DNA of 64,000 nt from the human T2T-CHM13v2.0 reference genome, Homo sapiens: NCBI RefSeq assembly GCF_009914755.1, contig NC_060934.1; one strand, given 5' to 3'. The notes under the pieces are model-generated. The model saw only the letters and a list, made by a program, of their open reading frames with translations. It made no database searches and was not told where the DNA came from. Shown in pieces: positions 27,804 to 41,961 of this stretch. Within the stretch, counting starts at the first letter, position 1. Every line of letters begins with the position of its first letter. Both the position numbers and the translations under genes were made by a program.

Positions 27804-29557
27804 ACATACATGCATACTTAGGATATATAATAAATTGTATATTTAATAGTCATTAGCATTCTAATATCTATTGGGTGAACGGAAAATTTGTAGAGGAATA
27901 TGTACCTACATTCTTTGCATTCATCAGCTAAGTTAATTGTCAGCAGACTCTTTGGGAAAAAATTAGGAGCACAGCTAAGGTCAGTATAGGATGGAATGTC
28001 TAAAGGGGTAGGGGAGATATATCAACCTTAATTGTGTACTTTTGGATAACCGAATAGGGAGATTCTTAGAGAAGAAGATGGAGGGTTCTCAAAAATAGAT
28101 GATGCATGTGTATAAGTGTTGGTGTCTGTCATCAATTAAACAAAATCCAGAATGTACCAGGTTGAGAATGAAGAAAATGAGAATGAAAAGGAAATGCAAT
28201 AGAAAAGAAATTAGATCAAATATAGAAGGAATAGTAGATCAAAATTAGGAAAAGGTATTCATTGTCCAAAGCATGTAGATACTAGCACTTGCATAGCATT
28301 GGATCCTGTTAGTGTTAAAGAAAGAGAATCTCATGCTCCCAGAGCTATCTGGTGAACGTCCCCAACTGTACATGTGGAGCTCTGCAGGCCCCACGTCTGC
28401 AATAGTACTGTAGACTACATCTCCGTCCACAGCCAGCCTCGGCATGTTCCATTTACACCACATGGAGAAATAAAATGTATTTCTAATCGGCTTTCTAATA
28501 AGTACTAATTAGTCCAGGCCTTTGTGATCCATAAAGAGATAAAGAGTGAGCTTGCATCCTTCCATCAAAGCGCTGAAGCTGCAGCTGGCAAAACCTCATG
28601 CTGCTTTTCCTGCCTATCTTAAGGAAGAAATTGAAATTAGCTCAATGAAAAAATCTCATTTAGATTTTGCTAATATGTATTAAAATCCAAGAGGTAAAAC
28701 CGTGCAAGCAACTGTGACAGAGTTCCCAGGAGTGGTCTGAGGGGGACCAGCTTGGGGCAGCATTCGAACAGTCTCTTCCAGGAAGTCACATTTAAAACAA
28801 GAGCATTAAATCGTGACGGATGTACAGCATCAGCCATTTTGATGCATCTTTGCATTAAAGGACACGATAATACCTAAGAGGTGGGGAGAAAGTCAATGCA
28901 CCATATTGATTATTATGAATACAAGAGTTTTAAAGTTAGACAGGGTTTTGTAGTTATAAGATCCAAAATGATCTTCCAGCTGAAGTATTATTGCAAACAC
29001 CACCAAGACAATATCCAAGACCAAGGGAGAGAATTCAGAAAGCAGGCTGCCGGGCCCACAGTCCTTGTGCTTCAATCAGGCACCAATCCAACTCCATCAA
29101 AGTTAGACAAATTATCCCAAGGTCTCCAAGCACCTTCTCCATTAAGTGAGCACAGAGACACTCATGGTTTTCAGTGCATGAAAACTCCCTGGGAAACAGC
29201 TGAGGCAGATTTTCTCTTGTTTCTGCTTTTACCTGGGTCTTAGGAAATGTTTCATGTTTTCCCCACAGCAGTTTCCAGAACACAACATTTCCTCAAGGCT
29301 ACTCTAGGGCTGTCCCACTTCCCATTTCATGTCCAAGGTCATAAAGTATTCTTAATGTAATTGTAACCATGATGTCTTGTGGCCAGGCTTGTCGTGATTC
29401 AAAACAAGAAGTGTTTAGAAATCGTTTGCCATGTAGTAACAAAGTCTAACGCATCTTTCTTTGTTATTTGTAACAAAACTGTTCCGGAAGGGGATGTATA
29501 GTGCATAGGATCTGTACAACATAGTGCTCAAGCCTTAAGTTAAAATGCATTAAAATG

Positions 29558-29864
29558 GGCTGGGCACGGTGGCTCTCGCCTGTAATCCCAGCACTTCGGG
29601 AGGCCGAGGCGGGCAGATCATGAGGTCAGGAGATCGAGACCATCCTGGCTAACATGGTGAAACCCCGTCTCTACTAAAAAATATATATATAAAAAATTAG
29701 CTTGGTGTGGTGATGGGCGGCTGTAGTCCCAGCTACTCGGGAGCAGAGGTAGGAGAATGGTGTGAACCTGGGAGGTGGAGGTTGCAGTGAGCTGAGATCG
29801 TCTCACTGCACTCCAGCCTGGGCGACAAAGCGGGACTCCATCTAAAAAAAAAAAAAAAAAAAAA
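29558..29864 (+). mobile_element. AluY-like (or AluSc8)
   Basis: GAGATCGAGACCATCCTGGCTAAC and GAGAATGGTGTGAACC diagnostics; TSD GCATTAAAATG at 29547-29557 and 29865-29875; (AT)n in linker. Confidence 0.95.
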
Positions 29865-30229
29865 GCATTAAAATGAAATGAATCTTGAAGTTAAAGACAC
29901 CGTCATAGGAGGTCTGTGAGAGCCAGTTGCTAATAGCAAGGTGGGTATGGAGGATAAAGAGTAGCAGAAGATGAGATAAAAAGGTAGGTTACCCAGATAC
30001 TGTGATATAAAGCATTTTATATAAAAAGGAGGGTCACACAAATATTGTGAAACGCTGAATTTTATATTGAGAGATGAAAAATCCATCTGGAAATCAAAAA
30101 GAGAAAAAAAAAACCCACATGAATGGAATACATCTGAGGGGGTGAAGAGTATGGCAGGGGCTGAGAAAAGAAAATAATTTTGATAGTGAGCTTTTTAGAT
30201 TCCTAAGAATGAGAAGAGATAAGCAGGAG

Positions 30230-30700
30230 AGTTAGGAGGAGGAAGCTGGAGTCCTATCCAGATTCAGCAGGAAATTATTTCAGCCTAAACTAGAGACACA
30301 GTGGAAGTGAGAAAGAAAGCACTCGGTTTGTAAGATTTCTGTTCAGGAAGTGGAGTGAGGGTCCCGTGGGAATGAGTGTGGCCAGAGGAGGAAATGGAGG
30401 AATAATAGATGATTGCAAGCCCCCAGGTTTGGGAGGCGGGGAGGTGTTATTGACAGTCAGGAAGGGAAAGAAGGTGTCTTAAAAAGGAAACAAACAGGGT
30501 TCATTTTTAGGTTGGTTATTTGATGTATGAGGAGAAACATTTAAAAGTCAAGACTTAGGGGAGGATGTGTCTAGGAAATCGAGGGCAGAGGGGATTGCTA
30601 TACCCATGGGATGACTCCGTTTACTCCACAAATGTAGAAGAAATGTCTTCAGGGCCAAATTTCACTGGAGGTGAAAACATGAAGAACATGAGTACGATTA
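30230..30700 (-). mobile_element. L2 remnant
   Basis: GGAGGAATAATAGATGATT...CCCCAGGTTT...GGGTTCATTTTTAGG typical L2 text. Confidence 0.5.
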
Positions 30701-31095
30701 CCTGGGAGTTTAGCAGACGGCTGTATCATCCAGATTTTGTTTTCAGTGCCTCTACACCTGTGTACCTTCCAGAGCATTCGGTTGATTCATGAGGCTTGTA
30801 GAATCTGCTTTTTATAAATTAAAGGAATAAATCTTTGGTGATTATAGTAAGGAGATAATGGGGAGGATAAGGAGAGCTCACAGATACAACATAGGACAAA
30901 AGTCAGAATTTTCACATGTCAACACGAATGAAACTTTACAAATAACTACAGGGAAGGCAGAATAGAAGGGAGACAAGATTTGGGCAAGGCAAACAGAGGG
31001 CTGATTTTGAAAGTACAGAGGAAGTGGTGAAAACAGTGTGACAGAGGAAGAAAGGATGAGAAGAAATAGACAAGCGCTGCAAAGAAAATGGAGGA

Positions 31096-31372
31096 GGCTG
31101 GGAGCAGTGGTTCACACCTATAATCCCAGCACTTAGGGAGGCCGAGGTGGGTGGATCACTTGAGTTCAGGAGTTTGAGACCAGCCTGGCCAACATGGTGA
31201 AACCCCGTGTTTACTAAAAATACAAAAATTAGTTGGGCATGGTGGCATATGCCTGTAGTCCCAGCTACTCGGGAGGCTAAGGCAGGAGAATCGCTTGAAT
31301 CCAGGAGACTAAAGTTGCAGTGAGTCAAAATGACACCGCTGCTCTCCAGCCTGGGTGACAGAATGAGACTCA
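31096..31372 (+). mobile_element. AluS
   Basis: Full dimer; probable TSD core AAGAAAATGG. Confidence 0.95.
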
Positions 31373-31391
31373 GCCCCCTCTCCCACCCAAT

Positions 31392-31502
31392 AAAAAGAAA
31401 GAAAAAGAGAGAGAGAGAAAGAAAGAAGAAAGAAAGAAAAGAAAGAAAGAAAGAAAAGAAAGAGAGAGAGAGAAAGAAAGAAAGAGAGAGAGAGAAAGAA
31501 AG

Positions 31503-31573
<71 letters not shown>

Positions 31574-31582
31574 AAAAGAAAA
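31392..31582. repeat. (GAAA)n/(GA)n polypurine tract expanded from Alu tail
   Basis: About 190 nt containing only A and G. Confidence 0.96.
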
Positions 31583-34500
31583 TGGGCGAAATGTCTAGAG
31601 AATCAGAGGTAAATGTTTGGAGTAAATGACACCCAGATGGCCAGGGCCACCTCTCCTTTTTCTGGAGAAACAAAGGCAACCCCTATCCTATTCTTATCAG
31701 CAGCTAAAGGCAGAATCGATGCAAGAAGATTCCACAGGAAGGGAAGTTCCTGATTCTGATTTGTGTACTAGGACTAGAGGTTCACATGAGCAGGGAATTG
31801 ATAAATAAAATGATCAATAATCTAGAAGTGAACATAATAGATAGCTTCAAGAGGCACAGATGCGCAAGCCTATTGCTGAAGCGGCATCAAACATTTCTGA
31901 GATTCAAGAAAATAACCATTTGGGTCTCATGGTGGGGGCCTGGGGATGCTGGAATTTAAATAAATGTCCCAGATACTGATCCAGAGAGAAAAGCAAGATT
32001 TGAAGATCATCAAGAGAAACAAATCTGTTTACCTCCATTAACCTCCACCCCCTTTTCTCCGTCACCCTCTTCTCCACATATATACGGGGAAAAAGACTCA
32101 AGGGGGTCCCAGCAGGTGGTGATTTCTTGAATAGTGTTCATTTTCTACTTGCATGCTGTGGCCTTATTTTAAATTTGAATTACTTTGTAAGCAGGAAGAA
32201 AAATCATTATTTTTAAGTCATTAAGAAAGCCAGATAACTTTGAAAATTAAGCCAAATGAAAGATCGAGCTATCTTAATGCCCAAATATTTCAGCAGCTAT
32301 TCCTCTCAAAAATCTTTTTTAATGTTGTTCCATACGAGGTGTGGCATTTTTGCCAGGAGGTAAGGATTTTCAGGGATTATGATTTCAAAATACTAAAAAC
32401 AACTGCTATTTATTAAAAAAAAAATTTTTTTCCTCCATGACAGGTAGCATAGGTCTGGGATGAAGAAAGTACTCAATAGCTAATTACTGGGTGGAGTGGA
32501 ATTTTAAATAGAGTTGAATTATAGGGATATATACTCTGCAGAGAGCAAAGATCTGGCATCTATTCCTAGAAAATCTCATGGAGGCTCTTCTCTTTGGGTG
32601 GGAGGTAACGATTCCCTGAAGATCATCTCCTATTTGGGAAGGTCTCTGTGTGTGACCTCTTTGGGCAAATATACCTTCTGGTTTTCTAAGCCACACTTGA
32701 TTTCAAATATATTATCAAGTCTTCCCACAAACCATAGGAATGTTCCAGCAATTTCAGCATTTCTGACTTCTGAACAGTATGACTCAGCCTGCCCTGAGAA
32801 CTTGGAAGCGACACTCAAGCCCTCTGTAGATGGTGTGTGTGAAGCTCTGGTTGGGAATGAGGTCGCTGGAGATGCCCATAGCACAGCAGAGCTCTGCGTG
32901 GGTCATCTCAACTCCCTCACCTGCTTCCTCTGGACTCAGCACAGGCTTAGCTAGAACCCTGGCAATTGGTAACTGGTGTTTTGCTCAGAGGTGATAAAAT
33001 ACTCCCTTTTTTTGGCAGTGTGCAGGAAAGCTGGGACTGGTGGCTGGTGACCGGCATGCCTGGGCCCATGGCTGACTGCCTTTGAGTGGGTAAAGAAATC
33101 AGAGGAGTTGGCTCAAAAAGGCAGAAATGAGGAGTGTCCTCCTCTTACTTACATGAATAAAATTCAAAATGGGCAGCAGTCCTCTTACACGTGCATTCTA
33201 TTTCTTTGACCCTGTGTGTGACAGATCAGGTTCCTTCCTGCTCCAGACAAATGGGGGGACTGTTGTCCCCAAGAAAATGCTCTTGAGGATGCCCACTCCC
33301 CACCCACAGATGGCACTGGTCGGCTGGAGGAAGGGGAGGCTGCTCCGGCCTCACTGCCATAGTTACTTGTCTATACCTGTATGTTTTCTTTCCCTTGTGT
33401 ATGTGTGTGTTTTCCTGTTCATTTCCATAAATAAAATGTTCTTTCTCAGCTGTATAGCTGCCTCCCCTGATTAATTCCTGCCGTGGCCTCTTTGTAATGG
33501 GGTTTCTTCTTTTGCTGAAAACAGCAGGCATCTGCTTTTGGAGTTGAGTTAATGGGGGATGGAAGGGAGTTAGCCAAGTCTCCGTGGGCTCTCTGAGAAT
33601 CCCCACAACCTCCTTACAAATGGCTTCCATTTTCGGCTGATTTCTCCTGATTTTGTTTATGTCTCACAAAGGTAGAATATTTTACAGGCCACTCAGAATT
33701 TCATGCAACAGCCCACACTGGGTTGAATTTTAAGTAATATCTTCCAGGGAACGCGGGGGTGTCCAGTTACCATTTCTGCCATCAGAGCCTGGTTGGTCTT
33801 TTGCCATCAGCACAAGAACAAAGTGTCACATTTGCTTTTTTTTTTTTTTTTCTTCACAAGATGGCTACCCTGATCTCACCATGAGCGTTATTATCTGCTG
33901 GTCTTCCTCGAATGCCTACGTACAATAGATTGCATCTATTTAAGTATCCAGATCCTTTTGGAGACAGGGCCTTCTTCTGACACACACAAAAAGAGTTTTC
34001 AGATGGCAGATCCGCAGGTAGTAATTTTAATAGCCACTAATGTGAATTAATAATTCTAATAACCTCATTTCAGATGTGTTATCGGGACGCAGGAGAGGGT
34101 TGCCATGGAGGCTGTATTTTATTGCTCACAGCTGTGCAAACTCATTTTGGCCGGCAGCATTCCCATGTCTAACCTCTCCTTTCATTGGTTTGCACCATGT
34201 CAGGCAGTGTGGATTTAACAAGAACGGCCAAAAAAACTTAAGGAAAAGTTGTGATCTCAAGACTCTAAGCAAATGATGCTGATAAGCAACAATAAGAGAG
34301 CCCAGTGCTTTAGAAGAGAATTGTGCAGTTATATATTCATGAGATTAAATCATTGCTTTGGCACATTTATCAATATCAATGTCCAAATTATAATTTGTCA
34401 GCAATTCCAAAGCACGTTCTTTAAGTGCTTTGGGGCATAAACAATATTCCTTAATAAACTACCTTAGGGATTATTGCCCCCTATAAGATTCCCAAAAGTA

Positions 34501-34647
34501 CATTAATTTATAATCTGAGGCCTGTAACTGACAACAGACCAGTAAACGTTTAGCTAAGTGTGCCTCCCACATTCCCTGGTCCTACAATAGTGTTTTACGG
34601 ATTTTTTTTTCCATTTAATTCTCACAGCATTCCTATAAGGTTGTCAT

Positions 34648-35220
34648 ATTGGTGGTTTTAAAACCTGGACACACATTTTTTGATACTCCCTTTGAGAGGT
34701 GGAGACTGTATTCTCTCCGGTTTCATCTGGGCAGGTTTGTGACTGCTTTGATCAATAAGGTACAGCATATCAGCCAAGTACAGCATATGTGACACTAAGT
34801 GAACACCAGGGTGTCTTAAAAGGCCATGCATCTTCTGTGTTGGTCATTGGGCCATTTGCTCCTAGAACCCTGAATCGTCATGGGAGAGGCTGGATGCCCT
34901 GAGGCTGTCATGGTGTGAGGGAGCCTGGGCATCTCTAGATGCTGCGGGTGACAGCGCTAGCTGAGCCAGCCTTCCACTGAATTCAACCCAACCCAGGTCC
35001 CAGACACGTGAGAGGTAAAGCCTGCAGGCGATTCCAACACCTTGTATATTTCGTCTCTCCAACTGAGGCCCCAGACACTGTGAAGCAGAGACAAGCCATC
35101 CTCTCTATGGTCTGACTGAATTCCTGATCTTCAGAATCCATGAACATAATGAAATCGTTGTTGTCTTATCTCTAGGTTTTGGTGTGGTTTCTTTGTTATG
35201 CGCCAATAGGTAACGGGAGC
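34648..35220 (+). mobile_element. MLT1G/H-type MaLR solo LTR inserted in a MIR
   Basis: TTTGATACTCCCTTTGAGAGGTGGAG...CTGAGGCCCCAGACACTGTGAAGCAGAGACAAGCCATCC...TTTGTTATGCGCCAATAGGTAAC; MIR text flanks both sides. Confidence 0.8.
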
Positions 35221-35891
35221 ACCAAGGACGCTTAGATGTTAAACAGCTTGACCATGTCCCACAGTAAATAGAGGCCTGAGATTTAAAACCGGGTCTGTTA
35301 GATGCCAAATCTCAAACTCTTTTTACCATAAAATTATAAGCACCCTAAGAGAAGTCTATAAATAGTGTTATAAAAACATGAGAAACAAGTATTTTTCTTT
35401 CTGTCCATGGTCATTAGTGTGGACTCATCGTGGGCTTGCCAATCCTAAACACGGGAAAGCTGTGGAAAACATGCGGTGATCTTTAATTAAAGTCTATTTT
35501 TTAAACCCACCCCTGTGTTCCTACCAAATTGTCATGTATCTGATTTGAAAAGTAGCCAACTCATTGACTTTAACTTGCATCTGAACCCATATGGCAATCT
35601 GGAACTCAACATGAAACCCCCAAGTTCTGTTCAGCTCTGGTTGCTCCATTTGAAGCCAATCATGGGAAATGCTTAACAGCTTCTCTTCTTTGTTGCCATT
35701 TAAATACTGTCTTCTTTGTTCATTTTTTTTTTCTTAAGTTCTACATCTTTACAAGGTTTCTAAACTTTTACAAAACTTGGCCTTTTGGGTCTCAGGACTG
35801 TGAAAGAAATGCAGACTTGAAGTTAGACCATACTACCAACCTGTCAGAAAAGTCTCTGGTGAGATCCATTCAGAAGGTTGTTTGTTGTTCA

Positions 35892-36205
<314 letters not shown>

Positions 36206-39200
36206 TTATTCAATAAACCCAGACCTCATTTCCCTTCCCTCATTTCCTTTCTACCCCACATAGGGCTGGAAAAAACAAAAAACAAAAACAAACAAACAAA
36301 CAAAAAAAACAAGGTAAGGCTAATCTTATATTCAGTTAGAGGTTTCCAAATTTTAGGAAAACAATAAAATGGAGATAATTTAATAAAAACCTCCAACCTC
36401 ATTTGGAGCTGAACTCTAGGCAACGTATACCTGCACTTTGAAAACTCTTACAGGCAGAGTCAAGATTTTTACATAAACTCCATTTTCCTGGAACAAATTG
36501 ACTTAACTTTGTGAAGCCTTCCTTATAATGAGAGGTCTCAGTGCAAGGTCACAGGTGACAGGACTGCTTCTGTAATTAGTCACTAAAGCATCCAGAAGCC
36601 TTTGGGAATAAGGGATTTTCCTTGCGAAGGAGGCTTATTTATTAACTGTTAATTATAATTTCTCTTGTCAGCTTCTCTGTGGATTTGGTGTCTACAAAGA
36701 AAGCTGAGGGGAAAAAATTATGAGGGCTTCTGTGAGAAGCATAAATCAGAAGCCATTTCACAGTGCCCTGCTACAAGTAGCGTTTGGGACTCTCAGATGG
36801 AGTAACAGGCAGATGCATTTGGTCCACCATAGTTGCATAGCCTCAGGGCTGAGACACCCAGGTGACTGTCACAGTCCTTTAGGGCTGCCACTCACGTTTG
36901 GTCCTGTGGACATGGCAAACGAGAGCTTTGCTTTGCCTGATTGCTGTGGTGCACCAGCAAGCTTCCAGGGAGCCCCAAGTTCTCCATTCAGCCTTGCATC
37001 CCATACATTTCATTTGATATAAGTTCTTATCTCTTGGACTGCCCTGGGTAGGGTCACTGGGGTTGGTGAATCACGTTGGCCTTTCTCCTGCATAGTGGTT
37101 CCTATGACAACAGCAAGTGACACTTGAAATGTAAGCTACCTGGAGAGACCCAAAGACCACACAATATCATCTGTGTGGATGTGATAAGTTGGCTTCCTTT
37201 AAGTGGCAAGGAAAGGTACCTAAATACTTCTTCACTGACCTTTTGTGGTTGTTAGGGTATATAGTTTTTCAGAGAAAGAAAAAATGTCACCACTATTTTA
37301 AGAAATACTGAGCATGACATTAGATATGGACAGCTTAATTTTTCTACATGGCTGTCTTCTTCATGGAGTTTGTGGTATAATTCTTTGCAGGTTATAGAAG
37401 TACATAATCACTTTTGACAAATAGAGATACGCATATTTCCCCACTAGCAATAAGTGGATTAGATGATATTTCAGATCAAGACAACCCTAATTAAATTACT
37501 CCTAACTTTACTGGCCTCTGTGGATTGATCTCTCTTTGACCTTCACAGCCCATCAGAATAAATGAAAAGAAAACATTCTAATATTTTTTCCCATTAAAAC
37601 TTTTTCATGAACCTTCATATCTGTATACTGCATTATATACATATACATCAACTGAAGCCAATAAATGTTTGCTTGTTCTTTATGTCTTTTTTAAAGCCTG
37701 TAACAATATAAATTAGCATTATGTCAAGGAACTACATTATTAGATTACTGCAAAGAAAGATCATTTAAATTACATTTTTAATGTTTCCACATTTATTTTA
37801 TGAGAAAAAAATATTTTTTAAACAAATATCATTTCTTAAGACAAGATTGTAAATGTATCCTGATGTCTTTATCTTGTTAACCATACCAGATGAAAGCACT
37901 GTCCAACATAATGAACAAAAGACATTTTCTTTAAATGGGCAAAGTATTGGAAATTTTCTTTACAACACCATGCACTACAAATTATCTTCCATAAAGAGGA
38001 ATCTTTTTTGCTTTTCATGAGGTGTCTTTGTGGTAAACACTGTAAGGGGGCATTTTTGATTGTTTGTTTTTTGCCATTTGTGAAAAGGCAAAGTTTATAT
38101 TACATATTTTCTATAAAAAGTGTGGATATATTATGCTGTTTGTTTAAAAAATGGTATTTCACTGCATGGCAAGAGTGCCCTCTTTTAAATAAGTACAAAA
38201 TTCAAAAATTGCAAGTCACAGACTACTAGAACTCACAAAACTTTTTTCTTCTTTTCTCTTTCTTTCTTCTGCCCCCTCTTTTCATTACCTTATACAAGAC
38301 AGCTTATGATTTTGTTAAAAGTGATGACTTTTCTAGAACATTCAAAATGTCATCCTGTTTGTGACCGTTTTCACAGAAACTCTCCAGGGCTGTCTCTACC
38401 ATGTAATGCAAGGTACTCCCACCATGGGAATAATATTTTAAAGTTCTCCTCTGGTAGAATATTCATACATTTTTAGCAACTAGAAGCAAGTAGGTCTTAT
38501 TTAGTTTTACATTATTCACAGTGGTTGGTTATTACAAAGCCTTGCACATAGGAGGTGCTGAATAAATATTTGAATTAACTTGGATGATTGTTCTGACCAA
38601 TAGGATGGGTGATTTGGTGCTTTTTGATGATAGGAATAGATAAAACACAGTTCAAAAATCATGCCTGGCGATTTTGTTGTTTTGATGAATAAATCTCAGT
38701 CAACGTTCATCTACCTGGTTAATCACATGGAGATTAGCCTTTCTGATGCAGATACACAGTCATCTTGATCATCACTTGATGGTACCAGACATTTTGATGG
38801 GTTTCCTCATCACCATTAGGTACATCCAGTCTTTTCTGTCTGCTAGAAAGTTCCTTCTGGCTGTATACACACACACATGCACACACACATACACACCACT
38901 CAAGGTTTCCTAAGCCTGCCCATTTTCTGTTTTAATTCTTAATTCAAGGACAAAGGATAAAGGTTGATTGAATAAGGAAAGTCATCTTTTGCTTTCTGAT
39001 TTTTTTTTTTTGATTTGGCATTCTTACATCATGCTAATCTTGAAGAAGTATCAAATCCTCTAAAATAAATTGTGGCAAAGAAACATCTTCTGTCTCTTTG
39101 GCTCCTTCCCAGGGAAGTCTCAGAAGTCCTACAATTCCTCACAGTCACAGGGTGGTCTCTGCTGGAAAGGATTGTATTGAACATAGAGTCTGGCAAGCGA

Positions 39201-41159
39201 GAGGTTAAATAACAATTATTCCAATGTGGGTAAAGTCACAGTCAACATCATTAAAATTGTTTTTTTCCCCCAATACCTTTGTACTCATTCATGAATAAAA
39301 GTGAGTTTTATAGCAGAAGTAATTACTCTTTCTTATCCTAATGAAAATCTTAACAAACTAATAAATGTGTAACCCCTTCCTTGGGTCCAAATGTTGTTTT
39401 TAGTTACTCTATACTTGTGCCTAGAAGAACCAAAACCAAAATAAATGACTTATCTTTTGTGTTATATACTTCCCCCAAAATTATATCCCAAAGATCATTT
39501 AAATACTCATAACATCACTTTTGAAAACAAATTAAGTTCCATAACCTCTTAGCGTTCTTCTATTTTCCTGTCTTATGATGGCCTGCGCAGTTCAATTCTC
39601 CTTTTGTTTTTTCTCTTCCTATCCAGGGAACCTGGACTGCCTCCTACAACCTCTTTCTCTTTCCCCTCCAAAAAGCAATTGAAAACATGTTTGTTTGCTG
39701 CCCAGAGGGAATTCATCCATTTAACATAAGATTGCACAGGAATTCCCCAAATAGAGAACATTCAACATTTCCTATGATGTCAACAGGAGGCCAAACTCCA
39801 GAAAGAGCAGCCGGTTCTTGCCCGATGCCCATCCTTGGGTGGGTTGTGTCTGAGTGCTGTGCAAGCTCCCATCTGGCACATTTCTTCTCACTGAGATATT
39901 TCCACTGTTCATTCTCTCATCCGGCCTATTCTCCTATTCACTTGAATAATCAATAGCAGCAACAGCCTAATTACCCACATCATCCTCGCTGTGCTGAAAT
40001 CATGAGTACGAAGGGTGCAATTGCTTCCTTAGGAATTCATTGCCTTCTTAACAAGAACCAACGCAAACTGTCTTACGACTGGCATCTCTCGAGCAGAGGC
40101 TGGGAGCTGATGAAGTAGCCCTGGTCTCACCTCAGTAGCAAATATTACCTGCCCTTCTCCACCTCCCTTCAAACTGCCAACAACACCAGGGCTGGCTTCC
40201 TTAAAATGTACCTTTGGGATGCCCACGCCATATGGCAGCTCTGAGAATGTCACCCTATGCTCTAGGGTATTTTTCCCCGTAGCTTACACAAATTGTAAAT
40301 TATTATCCATAAAATAATGGTAAAGAGAGACAAGGGCAAGGAAAGGATCTGCCGTAAAGCCTCCATTAGCAAATGAGATTGGCTTTCCTATTCATGTGAA
40401 AAGTTCAAGGAGGCAATCTTGTTAAACAGCCATTTTGCATAAAGAAATAATATGCCATTATGGACCTTTTCAAATAACTTTGATGTTTTCCAGAACAATT
40501 TATTAATACTGTACTTTGGAGAAATAAGAGATGAAGTCTCACTAGAGAATAAAATCGGTGGTTGTTGGGCAGTTGGTCATAGCTCAGCAGGTTTCATAGC
40601 TGTCTGAAACACATTTCCGTCCTCTGCTAGAAGTGCTTGATGGCAAAATTTCCCCCCAACTCAACTCCCCTTCCCCGTTTTATCTTGGGATTATTTGAAT
40701 CAGAGAAACAGTCCTGATCTTCACTTCTCTATACAATAAGCAACAGTAGTATAATTGCAATCTGACTTCTTTCTTTTTTCCTCTCCCTCCGTCAATACCC
40801 ACTGACCTTCCTAAGACTAGGGGGGAAGGAGAGTGATAGGGTTATGACCTAGGTTTATAAGAGGCATGTTAATGATTTACCTATTTGAAGTAAGTTACAT
40901 GAACAAGACTCATAATGTAGCTCCTTGGCTGGATTCGTACCTGCCTAGATTCACCTGTGTGTTGAACTCACACAAACCACTTCATACTAGATCCTTGCCT
41001 TTATGGAATTTGCACAGTAGTGCCTGCTTCTAAGTGTCCCACTCAGTCTTCTGTTCTGTTCTCCTAGGTAGCTTACATGAAAGAAGACGGCATCCAGGCA
41101 CCTTCAGCTTTTCTGTGTTTTGGGTACTTTCCAAGAAGTGATTACTTATCATCGTGTTA

Positions 41160-41237
41160 TTAGGTTGGTGCAAAAGTAATTGCTTTTTTGCCATTGAAAG
41201 TAATGGCAAAACCGTGATTACTTTTGCACCAACCTAA
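41160..41237. mobile_element. MADE1 (Hsmar1-derived mariner MITE)
   Basis: TTAGGTTGGTGCAAAAGTAAT...ATTACTTTTGCACCAACCTAA terminal inverted repeats, TA TSD at 41158-41159 and 41238-41239. Confidence 0.95.
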
Positions 41238-41259
41238 TAATTACTGTATTTATGTGAGT

Positions 41260-41580
41260 GCATTCTGAAGAATACTAGTTTTGCAAGGTGTCAGAGGGAT
41301 CCGTTGCCAAGCACATTTGAAAAACCCTGGAAAAGAAAGTTAAACAGGTACTTTGGCCATGGAAATGTAATTACAAAGCTTTTAATATATGCATTCATTT
41401 TGTGCAACTTCTCCAAGAATATATAATTTGTTGCATTTCTCAAACTTACTTGACTTTTGTCAAACATGCTTTCTGCATTAAAATTACAGAATTACGGAAT
41501 TGTGAATTACAGAGGGAGAAGAATTGGTTTTCCTCAGCCTCAAATATCATATATGATCCAAGGTGTTTTGAGAACCAGTC
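41260..41580. mobile_element. hAT-Charlie MITE remnant (Charlie4z/MER113-like)
   Basis: AAAGTTAAACAGG...CTTTTAATAT...GCATTTCTCAAACTTACTTGAC. Confidence 0.55.
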
Positions 41581-41639
41581 AATAGGATGGGAATGGTATG
41601 GTATAACCTCTAGATTCTAGAGATCCTCTCTCATAGTGG

Positions 41640-41961
41640 TTTCGTTGAGGCAAGTTGCCATATTGGAGAGGCCCATGTTGCAAGGTGTGGGGAACGCCTA
41701 CCTACCTGCCAAGCCAAAAGCCCTCCAGAGACCGAATCCTGCTAACAACTACATAGTGATCCTTCCCTAGTTGAGGCTTCCGATGAAACTGCAAGCCCTG
41801 GGCTAGCACCTGAATTGCAGCCTGTGAGAGACAATGAAGCAGAGAATCAGTGAGGCCATGCCTAGATAGATGCCTGACCCACAGAAACTGTGAGATCATA
41901 AGAATTTTAAGTCACAAAGTTTTGGAGGTAATTTGTTATATGGCTATAGCTAACCAATACA
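41640..41961 (+). mobile_element. MLT1E/F-type LTR (3' part)
   Basis: CCTGACCCACAGAAACTGTGAGAT...GTAATTTGTTATATGGCTATAGCTAACCAATACA followed by GATTTTGGT. Confidence 0.8.

Noticed and set aside
28245-28463. 72-aa non-repeat ORF (MWCKWNMPRLAVDG...)
   Set aside because: No recognisable domain or clear splice context; ORFs of this length are expected by chance.
30936-31679. Longest ORF (247 aa, minus strand)
   Set aside because: Composed of (TTTC)n low-complexity sequence plus antisense Alu translation; not a gene.
32514-32954. 146-aa ORF in unique DNA
   Set aside because: Non-ATG start, no recognisable homology or coding-like composition.
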